This document shows positions 55,537 to 62,855 of a stretch of 62,855 nucleotides of DNA, one piece after another. Source of the stretch: a bacterium UBP6_UBA1209 (GTDB lineage: Bacteria > UBP6 > UBA1177); contig DBXP01000012.1 of NCBI GenBank assembly GCA_002309575.1, positions 1 through 62,855 of the forward strand. Reading direction: 5' to 3'. Numbering within the stretch: the first letter of the stretch is position 1; each line of letters begins with the position of its first letter. A model generated the notes under the pieces. It made no database searches and was not told where the DNA came from. It worked only from the letters and a program-made list of their open reading frames with translations. A program made the translations under genes and the position numbers.

Positions 55537-56084
55537 GCAATCTTTCGGAGCCTTTGAAGGTAAATCTTACGATCGCTGTGATGTACAGGGATCCGCGCCT
55601 GCTTGAAGAGGTCAGGAGCCTCCTTGAAGAGAGGTACGGAAAGATCGACACGGTCTCGGAGGCCTACAGCTTCTCGTCGATCTCGGAATATTACGATCCC
55701 GAGATGGGAAGCGGCATCCAGAAGGTGATATTCAGCTTTGAAAACTGCATCGGACGTGACGAACTTGCAGATGTGAAGCTCTTCTGCGCGGAGCTCGAGG
55801 GGCGTTATGCCGAATCCGGAAGCCGTTCAGTAAACCTTGATCCGGGGCTTCTGAGTCTGGAAAATTTTATCCTTGCGACAGGCAAGAACTACAGCCACAG
55901 GATCTACCTGCGTGACGGTGTCTTTGCCGAGGTGACGCTGATCTTCGGCAAAAAGGGGGTGATCCGCGAGCTTCCGTGGAGCTACCGCGACTACCTTCTG
56001 GAGCCTGCAAGATCTTTTCTGCTCACGGTCCGCGAGCTTTACCGCGAAAAACGCGAAAGGCTTCTCGGAAAGGGGGCGCTTTGA
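55533..56084 (+). CDS. DUF4416-family protein
   Basis: FSSISEYYDPEMGSGIQKVIFSF...SVNLDPGLLSLENFILATGKNYSHRIYLRDGVFAEVTL matches my recollection of the DUF4416 pattern. It has a GTG start with an AAGGAGG RBS and a GTGA overlap. Confidence 0.65.
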   Translation: MSNLSEPLKVNLTIAVMYRDPRLLEEVRSLLEERYGKIDTVSEAYSFSSISEYYDPEMGSGIQKVIFSFENCIGRDELADVKLFCAELEGRYAESGSRSVNLDPGLLSLENFILATGKNYSHRIYLRDGVFAEVTLIFGKKGVIRELPWSYRDYLLEPARSFLLTVRELYREKRERLLGKGAL

Positions 56085-56629
56085 GAGTCATCTTTTTTGC
56101 GATGAAAGCGGAGAACCCTTTCCCGGTCAAGGTCTCAACGGGTGAATCGGTCAGGATATCCGAAAATCTCACCATCTGCTGCACAGGCATGGGAAGTGCC
56201 GGTGCCGTGGTCTTCAGGAGGCTCCTCGAGGAGAACCCCGACTTCACGGAGCTTTATGAATTCGGCTCAGCGGCGGCTGTAGAGAACGCGGAAACCGGCG
56301 AGATCTACGAGTGCTGCTCATTTTTTGACGGCGACGGAAGATTGACGGCGGAATCTCCGAAAAAGACGCGCTTCAAAACGGCCTCGGTGACGGGCAACGA
56401 TGATCTGTTCCTTGGCGTGAAACCTCCATGGACACTAGGTTTCAAGGCGCCTCTGCTCTACACGATGGAGAGCCTGCGCTTTAAAAAAGCTGCCGGTGAG
56501 CTTGGCCGGGAGTTTACCTCCGTACGTCTTGTTACGGACAGCGGCGAGGGCGATATCCGGGCGGCTGTCAGACGGAGCCTTGAGCTGAACAGGGCCCGGG
56601 TCCTGACTTTTTTTAACTCCCTGAAGTAG
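56081..56629 (+). CDS. Phosphorylase-superfamily (PNP_UDP_1 / MTAN- or MqnB-like) protein
   Basis: I chose the TTG start at 56081 (TTGA overlap with the upstream stop), giving MRVIFFAMKAE...CCTGMGSAGA, which is reminiscent of nucleosidase or futalosine-hydrolase N-termini. The assignment is weak. Confidence 0.5.
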   Translation: MRVIFFAMKAENPFPVKVSTGESVRISENLTICCTGMGSAGAVVFRRLLEENPDFTELYEFGSAAAVENAETGEIYECCSFFDGDGRLTAESPKKTRFKTASVTGNDDLFLGVKPPWTLGFKAPLLYTMESLRFKKAAGELGREFTSVRLVTDSGEGDIRAAVRRSLELNRARVLTFFNSLK

Positions 56630-56636
56630 GTGCAGC

Positions 56637-59600
56637 ATGGCTTTGTTTGTTCATTACGGACTTCGTGCGGATTCGTTTGTAGATCCGGTGATCAGGATTT
56701 TTGAGAAGATCGAGAGGGATAACCCGCTTGCAAAAAAGGTCGTCATCTCGCAGAACCAGAGCATCGCGAAGTGGATCTCGCTCGCGGTCGCCGAAAAAAA
56801 GGGTGTATGTGCCTCGGTTCAGCACTTTCTGCCGGAGGTCTACCTCAAAAAGTTTGCCGCAGAGCGCCTCGGGATCGATACGGAGGGCTCCGTTTTTGAA
56901 AAGAGAAGACTCGTCTGGGCCGTTTACGGTGTTTTGGATGCGATCAGCAGCGGGAGCGACCCCGATCTTGCATCTATCCGCGGATATATGGCCGACAGCG
57001 CTCTCAAACCCTTCCAGCTCGCAGGGAAGGTCGCCTACCTTTTTGACCAGTACTGTGCCTACAGGCCCGATCTGATCGAAAGCTGGAAGCGCGGAGTGCC
57101 CTTTGACCCCTCGGACAGGGACGAGATCTGGCAGTTCAAGCTTTTCCGTATGCTCCTGGAGAGGTATCCTGACTCGCTGACAAAGTACGACTTCTACAAA
57201 CTTTTTGCGCTCAGATGCCAGGAAAAGAGGGGAAAATTCAACTCCGGTGAACGCGTGATCCTGCTCGATGTCTCGCTCGACGAGTATCTTTTCCCGCTTT
57301 ATCAGAGTCTCTCAGGGCTTGTCGATGTCTATATTTTCTCTTTCTATCCGAGCTCCGAGATGCTTGACCGCGACAGCCTGAATCCTGTTTTGAACCGTTT
57401 CTGCAGGGGGGAGCGCTACTTTTTCGAGCAGACCTGCGGGCTCTTCGGAAACGATCTTGACGCTGTTCCGGAGGGTGAGACCCGGCTTTCGCTGCTTCAG
57501 CAGTCTGTTTTTCACGATGAGGTGAGTTTTCCGGAGTGCAAGGCGGACGGATCTTTCAAAATCAAAGCCTGCTGGAGCAAAATGCGGGAGGTGGAGGAGC
57601 TGAAATCGGAGCTTGTCAGGCTCTTCAGATCGGATCCTGCGCTTTCGCCGGAGGATGTGGCAGTCGCTGCGCCGGATATCTCCGAATATGCGGCCGAGCT
57701 TGAGGCTCAGTTTGCCGGTTTCGACGAGATCCCTCTTTCGCTGCCGCTTCTGAGAGGCTCCGGAGTGTGCGAGACCTTCACTCGTCTGCTTGATATCTGC
57801 GGATCGAACTTTGAAAGGACGCGTGTCCTGGAGATCTTCGGGAATCCTTCGGTCCTGCAGCGTTTCGGCGTGAAGCCGGAATCCTGCCGCGATCTCTTCG
57901 AGCTGATCGGCTCGAGCGGCGTAAAGTGGGGGATCGACGAGGCTCACCGTGAAAGAACCGGCTGCGCCGAGGTCTTTCAGAACACCTGGAAAATGGGGAT
58001 GAACCGCCTCTTTGCAAGCTGCGTCATGCCGCTGACGGATAACCTGGACGACTTTGACGGCGCGATCCCTGTCGGGGATCTGACCGGCGAAAAGGCCGAG
58101 GATTTCGCAAAGTTTTCGCTCTTTTTCAAAGCCCTTGCCGAGCTTGACGCACTCTGCTCCAGGCCCCGCCCGATATCCGACTGGCAGAAGATATTGCAGC
58201 AGTCTGTAGTCGACACCTTTTTCGGCGAGGACGACACTTCGTCCCGTGAGCTCAAGCTTGTGAGGGAGTCTGTTGCCGGTCTTGCCTCCGGTGAAGGTAT
58301 TGCGCCGGAGAGGATCCCTTTCGAGGCGGTCCGCGACTGTCTGAAGCGCGGGCTCAAGAGGGCACAGGCATATTCCCCAGCTGTTACGGGGCGTGTCACC
58401 TTCTGTTCGATCCGTTCGCTTTCGATGATCCCGTTCAAGACGATCTTTTTGATAGGCATGAGCGCCGAAGCCTTTCCCAGAGAGGACCGCAGGCTTGCGT
58501 TCGACCTTACGCGAAAGGGAAAACAGTCGTTGAGGTCTCTCAGGAACGACGACCTTTTCATGTTCCTCAAGGCGCTGATGACGGCGCGGGAGTCGCTTGT
58601 GATAAGCTATGTCGGCAAGAGCCAGAACAACTTCTCGGGAGGCGGTTCGTTCCTTCCTGTCTCGAGCGCGGTTTCAGAGCTCTGCGAATATATGACGGGC
58701 AGGCCGTCGAGCCTTTCTGAACTCGCTTCGGTGATGCCGATGAACTCCTGGTCGTTCCTTCCGCAGGGTGCGGGCGATCATATCGAGGCGCATTTTGAGG
58801 AGAAAAGATACGAATCGGAAACGGCCGAGGTCTCTCTTGACGATCTGGCTTCATTTTTCAAGGACCCTGCGAAGTGGTACCTGACGAAGCGTGCCGGGAT
58901 CGTTCTCCCGAAATTTGACGAGCCTGAGGATGACGACGAAATGTTTGATTTTGATCACCTTGCCAAGTGGAAGTTCACCGACGATTACCTGCACGAGCTC
59001 AGCGAAGAAGAGATCCTGCGGCGAGCAAGGCTGACAGGGAAGATCCCCTTCGGAGAATACGGCTCCGGGCAGATCCGCGGCGAGCTCGTCGGGCTTACGG
59101 GTCTTCTTGAAGCGGCGGAAGCCGTCCGCAGCTGGGGCGCGTCGGAGCCTCTCTATTTCGACAGGACTTTTGATGTCGGAGGGAGGAAACTCAGGCTCTA
59201 CGGCAGGATCGATTCGATCTACGAAAACGGTCTGCTCTATATCACCGCTTCGAAGTGCAAGAGTCTGAAACACAAATTCAAGCCGCTGATTTACGCCTAT
59301 GCTCTCGGATACGAAAAGGGTGACTGGAGGCTGGCAGTCGTCTCTCCCGATGCCAGTACGGACGGTGTGCCGGGTGTGGTTCTTGAGAGTTCGGATTGCC
59401 CGGATTACAAAAGCCATCTTAGGGCAATGCTTGAAATTTACTGCGACGCGCTGGACGAGCTGCCCTTTTTCTCTCCGAAGACTGTCGAGATGGCCGGCAA
59501 CAAAAATATCAATATCGATGACGACAAGCTCGAGAGGGCGGTCTACGAGTATGTTTCCGCGGGGTCGGACGGCGGACAATTTGACTTTTCGTCCGAATAC

Positions 59601-59744
59601 TCGCAATTTATCTCCGACCACTGGAGTTTCTTTGCGCCGGTCTTTGATGAGGCTAGGCTGATAAAGACCTGCGGCTACTCAAAGAAACTGGCTGAAATTG
59701 TTAAAGTCTTGGTTGTTGGTAAGAAAACGAAAAAGAAAAAATGA
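56637..59744 (+). CDS. recC: Exodeoxyribonuclease V gamma subunit (RecC)-like protein
   Basis: The N-terminus (LFVHYGLRADSFVDPVIRIF...VVISQNQSIAKWISLAVAEKKGVCASVQHFLPEVY) parallels E. coli RecC. RVTFCSIRSLSMIPFKTIFLIGMSAEAFPRED and NDDLFMFLKALMTARESLVISYVGKS match conserved RecC blocks. The protein is 1035 aa. Confidence 0.88.
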   Translation: MALFVHYGLRADSFVDPVIRIFEKIERDNPLAKKVVISQNQSIAKWISLAVAEKKGVCASVQHFLPEVYLKKFAAERLGIDTEGSVFEKRRLVWAVYGVLDAISSGSDPDLASIRGYMADSALKPFQLAGKVAYLFDQYCAYRPDLIESWKRGVPFDPSDRDEIWQFKLFRMLLERYPDSLTKYDFYKLFALRCQEKRGKFNSGERVILLDVSLDEYLFPLYQSLSGLVDVYIFSFYPSSEMLDRDSLNPVLNRFCRGERYFFEQTCGLFGNDLDAVPEGETRLSLLQQSVFHDEVSFPECKADGSFKIKACWSKMREVEELKSELVRLFRSDPALSPEDVAVAAPDISEYAAELEAQFAGFDEIPLSLPLLRGSGVCETFTRLLDICGSNFERTRVLEIFGNPSVLQRFGVKPESCRDLFELIGSSGVKWGIDEAHRERTGCAEVFQNTWKMGMNRLFASCVMPLTDNLDDFDGAIPVGDLTGEKAEDFAKFSLFFKALAELDALCSRPRPISDWQKILQQSVVDTFFGEDDTSSRELKLVRESVAGLASGEGIAPERIPFEAVRDCLKRGLKRAQAYSPAVTGRVTFCSIRSLSMIPFKTIFLIGMSAEAFPREDRRLAFDLTRKGKQSLRSLRNDDLFMFLKALMTARESLVISYVGKSQNNFSGGGSFLPVSSAVSELCEYMTGRPSSLSELASVMPMNSWSFLPQGAGDHIEAHFEEKRYESETAEVSLDDLASFFKDPAKWYLTKRAGIVLPKFDEPEDDDEMFDFDHLAKWKFTDDYLHELSEEEILRRARLTGKIPFGEYGSGQIRGELVGLTGLLEAAEAVRSWGASEPLYFDRTFDVGGRKLRLYGRIDSIYENGLLYITASKCKSLKHKFKPLIYAYALGYEKGDWRLAVVSPDASTDGVPGVVLESSDCPDYKSHLRAMLEIYCDALDELPFFSPKTVEMAGNKNINIDDDKLERAVYEYVSAGSDGGQFDFSSEYSQFISDHWSFFAPVFDEARLIKTCGYSKKLAEIVKVLVVGKKTKKKK

Positions 59745-62700
59745 GCGATATAAAAAGCAATAGCGGAAATTTCCGGCCGGCGCTCGATACGGGGTCGGTC
59801 ATTGTTCCGGCTTCTTCCGAGCCCACCGAGGGCGTCGAACGGTCGAAAAGCCGTGTGACTCCCGAGACTCCCGGGCGCTACACGCCGAAGGTGGAGTGGG
59901 GAAGAGGCGGCGCAGGCAGAGTCATGATCGTCGCCGACAAGCACACGGGGCGCGAGATCGCGATGAAGGAGCTGCTTGTCGATCTGCAGAAAAAGCCGCA
60001 CGGAGACGTGCTCTCAGATGTTATCCGGAACCGGTTCCTGCGCGAAGCCAGAATCACGGCCCAGCTGGAGCACCCCTCGATCGTTCCGGTCTACGAGATT
60101 GGCTGCCACGAAGACGGCGCCTTTTACTACACGATGCGGTTCGTGAAGGGCAAAACGATGTCCAAGGCTCTCAAAGGCTGCGCCACGCTTGAGCAGAGGC
60201 TCGAGCTGATGCCGCACTTCATCGACGTCTGCAACGCCGTGGCTTACGCTCACAGCAAGGGGGTGATCAACCGTGACCTGAAGCCGTCTAACGTCATGCT
60301 CGGAGAGTTCGGAGAGACGGTCGTCCTTGACTGGGGACTTGCCAAGCTCAAGAGCGAAAACGAGATGATCGTTTCGCGCAGCGGCGACGGCGATGTCGGA
60401 CACACGGTCGTCGGTCACGCGATCGGGACACCCGCCTACATGTCGCCGGAACAGGCTCAGGGTAAGATCGGTGATATCGACGAGGCTTCGGATGTCTATT
60501 CGCTGGGCGCGATGCTCTATCAGATCCTGACGGGAGCTACGCCCTTCAACGGCCGGTCGGCGGAGGATATCATCCAGCAGGTGCTTTTTGTCGTCCCGCA
60601 GAATCCCTGCGAGATCGATCCCCAGATCCCGCCTGAGCTTGCGGCTGTCGCCATGAAGGCGCTTTCAAAATCGAAGGATGACCGCTACCGTTCGGCGACA
60701 GAGTTCCGCGAGGATCTCAAGACATACCTGACCGGCGGCAAGGTCAGCGCCTACCGCTATTCGACATTCGAGGATCTGAGACGTTTCGCGTCGGCCCACA
60801 AGACGATCGTTTTTTCGTCGATAGTCTCGCTTTTGGTTGTCCTTGTCGCTGCGGTCGCGATCGCAGTTGCCTTCCGCCAGGAGGTCAAGGCGCTCGAGGA
60901 GGCGCAGGACGCACGCTATTCCGCGCAGTACCGAATGGCGCAGGCCTACAACGAAAAGGCGAACAAACTTGATGCCGAAAAGAGCTACATCACTTCGCGG
61001 GTCTACGCTGCGGCTTCGATGTACTACAACCCGGCAAACCCGAACAGCCCCGAATACGACGAGGATTTCCGCTTTCAGAACCCGGCAGCCGATACGATGC
61101 TTTCGGATGCGATCTCAAAGTTCTTCGTCATGAATTTTCACCGCGGAGCCGTCATCAAAAGCGGCAAGAGGTTCAACTGCCGTATCGTCCGCGCCGCCTT
61201 TTCCGCTGATGAATCGATGTTGGCGCTCGGCTGCGAAAATGGAGAGCTCATATTTGTCAACTACCGCAATCTTCAGGAGATCTCGCGCTTCAAGATGGAG
61301 AGCCAGGTCTCGGATATCCGCATAGACGATTCAAAGCAGCTCTGCTACGTTATGGATACCGCTAACCGCAGCTGCGTTATCAATTACGAAAAGAATATGA
61401 TCGAATCCTGCGGAAACTTCAGTCTCGACGAGCAGAACAGCGAAGTCGACCTCAAAAACAGCCTCAACTACAAAACTGAAAACGAAATCGTCGAGATCGC
61501 CGGCCCGCCTGACGGTTCGATCATCCTTGCCGGGACGAAAAACGGCGAGATCCTGGTCTTTTCCGGCAAAAGCAGGGAGGTCTTGCGGACGCTGGCGTTC
61601 CAGAACAGCCGGATAACATCGATCGATTTTTCGACGGACGGGACGCTCTTCGCCGCTTCGGAGCAGGCGGGGCGCACGGTCGTCTGGGACACGAAGCTTA
61701 TGGAGCCGCTTTTTGCGCTGGAGGGGCACGAGGACGAGGTCACAAGCGTATTTTTCGCGAGCGGCGACCACGATATCGTCACCACCGGACGTGACGGCCT
61801 GCTCCGCGTCTGGACAAGAAAGGCGAAACCCAGCTTTGAACGCTACACCTTCGGTCAGCAGGCGCTGAAAAGGATCTCTGTCGCGGAGAACCGTTCGGTC
61901 GCCGGACTTTCGGCAGACAACTCGGTGGTTGTCCTGAATGCCGCGAAAAAGGAGATCTTCCGTATCCAGCCGCAGGTCCCGGTGCTCGATATCAGGCTCT
62001 CGCGGAACGGCGAGACGCTTGCTGCGCTGGAGTCCGGGGCATCTGTCAGGATCTTTGATGTCAAAACTGGAAACCAGAAGAACCTCTTTGCTTCTGACAA
62101 GGAGTCGATCCTCTCTTTTGACGTCGCCAGAAACGGGCAGGTCGCAGTCTTTTCCGAAAATGACGGCAGCGTAAAGCTTGTTTCTGATACGAATCCGGTC
62201 GGCGCGACCTATCTCTGCCAGTCCGAGTCGGCCGGGAAGGTAGCATTTGCGCCGGACGGCAAATCCGTGGTCGCGGTCTGCGACAAAAGGCAGATCGTCC
62301 ACCTCTCGATCCCGGAGCTCTCGCTGCTCAGCAGCAGGGATTTTGAAAACAGGACGATCGAAACCTTCGCCTTCTCACACGATTCGAAAGGGGTATTTGC
62401 CGGCTTTGCCGACGGAACGCTTTCCTACATCAGCCTCAGCGACTTTTCGGAAACCGTCGTCAAGGGACAGTTCGATGCAGCCGGCGAGTTCAGTGTCTCC
62501 TACGACAGCAGATTTGTCGCTTCGACGACCGGAAAGGACACCATAAAGATCTGGAACGTCGACCTCCGCAAGCTCTTTTATTCGGTATCTGTCGGAACGG
62601 AGGCCCCCTGCCTCTCCTTCATGCCTGACGGAAATTTTGTCGGCATCTGTTCGGGAGCGGCTCTGACCCTCTATCCGCTGGATACTTCAAATTTCAACTT

Positions 62701-62797
62701 CAACTCGCTGAAACTGCTCAGGCAGATGGAAAGCGAATCCGGAATGAGGCTCCGCGACTTCTATCTTGAGGTCAAGGAAGAGGATCTGGAGAAATAA
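59741..62797 (+). CDS. Ser/Thr protein kinase - single TM - WD40-like beta-propeller protein
   Basis: The kinase motifs are GRGGAGRV, IAMKEL, VINRDLKPSNVML, DWGLAK and GTPAYMSPEQ. The TM is IVFSSIVSLLVVLVAAVAIAVAF at about 60805-60873. The ~620-aa C-terminal region has WD40-like blades (GHEDEVTSVFFASGDHDIVTTGRDGLLRVWT, TGKDTIKIWN). It has an ATGA overlap with recC. Confidence 0.9.
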   Translation: MSDIKSNSGNFRPALDTGSVIVPASSEPTEGVERSKSRVTPETPGRYTPKVEWGRGGAGRVMIVADKHTGREIAMKELLVDLQKKPHGDVLSDVIRNRFLREARITAQLEHPSIVPVYEIGCHEDGAFYYTMRFVKGKTMSKALKGCATLEQRLELMPHFIDVCNAVAYAHSKGVINRDLKPSNVMLGEFGETVVLDWGLAKLKSENEMIVSRSGDGDVGHTVVGHAIGTPAYMSPEQAQGKIGDIDEASDVYSLGAMLYQILTGATPFNGRSAEDIIQQVLFVVPQNPCEIDPQIPPELAAVAMKALSKSKDDRYRSATEFREDLKTYLTGGKVSAYRYSTFEDLRRFASAHKTIVFSSIVSLLVVLVAAVAIAVAFRQEVKALEEAQDARYSAQYRMAQAYNEKANKLDAEKSYITSRVYAAASMYYNPANPNSPEYDEDFRFQNPAADTMLSDAISKFFVMNFHRGAVIKSGKRFNCRIVRAAFSADESMLALGCENGELIFVNYRNLQEISRFKMESQVSDIRIDDSKQLCYVMDTANRSCVINYEKNMIESCGNFSLDEQNSEVDLKNSLNYKTENEIVEIAGPPDGSIILAGTKNGEILVFSGKSREVLRTLAFQNSRITSIDFSTDGTLFAASEQAGRTVVWDTKLMEPLFALEGHEDEVTSVFFASGDHDIVTTGRDGLLRVWTRKAKPSFERYTFGQQALKRISVAENRSVAGLSADNSVVVLNAAKKEIFRIQPQVPVLDIRLSRNGETLAALESGASVRIFDVKTGNQKNLFASDKESILSFDVARNGQVAVFSENDGSVKLVSDTNPVGATYLCQSESAGKVAFAPDGKSVVAVCDKRQIVHLSIPELSLLSSRDFENRTIETFAFSHDSKGVFAGFADGTLSYISLSDFSETVVKGQFDAAGEFSVSYDSRFVASTTGKDTIKIWNVDLRKLFYSVSVGTEAPCLSFMPDGNFVGICSGAALTLYPLDTSNFNFNSLKLLRQMESESGMRLRDFYLEVKEEDLEK

Positions 62798-62855
62798 AAT
62801 CCGCACCGCACAGCTATTTAATGCTGCACTGATCCGATTTGCTCTTGTCTTTTTT

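Noticed and set aside
1-62855. A search for tRNA, rRNA, transposase, integrase, cas or recognisable defence genes.
   Set aside because: Intergenic regions are short, with a maximum of about 210 bp, and none shows tRNA-like cloverleaf arms. No ORF showed DDE, tyrosine-recombinase or Cas signatures. A tRNAscan or Infernal run would be needed to be definitive.

Overview
The window is 62.9 kb of densely packed bacterial chromosome with about 50 genes. Many start/stop overlaps (ATGA, GTGA, TTGA, TAATG) suggest translational coupling. I saw no rRNA, tRNA, CRISPR array, transposase or integrase. TolC, the PilQ secretin, Lgt and many lipobox proteins indicate a diderm. I cannot assign taxonomy from sequence alone.

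Content in order:
- a low-GC, 5'-partial LRR gene at the window edge, followed by a small gene remnant
- a minus-strand TetR / MFP / RND / P-II-like / TolC efflux operon
- lgt
- tpiA, a YhaM-like HD exoribonuclease, gap and pgk
- a bifunctional formiminotransferase-cyclodeaminase
- queE
- murA, with Asp at the fosfomycin-target Cys position
- a long plus-strand run of XRE-HTH, pilMNOPQ, aroC, aroK, aroB and a lipoprotein
- several lipoproteins and a protein with a TonB C-terminal domain
- queC, a GNAT, an FKBP and gltX
- Mrp/ApbC next to an orphan His-rich ZnuA-like binding protein
- an AMIN / coiled-coil / AMIN protein carrying 11 copies of an 18-bp tandem repeat
- convergent murG-mraY, where MurG carries a ~270-aa HEAT-like C-terminal extension
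- a UvrD-family helicase
- an 8.25-kb gene for a 2750-aa lipoprotein with about 17 Cys-containing 63-77-aa modules, Myxococcus-type Cys-rich repeats and a DUF1566-like C-terminus
- an orphan LeuD-like gene and malQ
- an overlapping trio of FMN-bind/polyferredoxin membrane protein, DUF4416 and phosphorylase-like protein
- recC without recB or recD, translationally coupled to a Ser/Thr kinase-TM-WD40 protein

The candidates most worth follow-up are the giant modular surface lipoprotein, the recC-kinase coupling, the MurG-HEAT fusion, the AMIN/coiled-coil repeat protein and the compositionally foreign LRR gene. All family assignments come from motif recognition by eye. None was verified by a database search.
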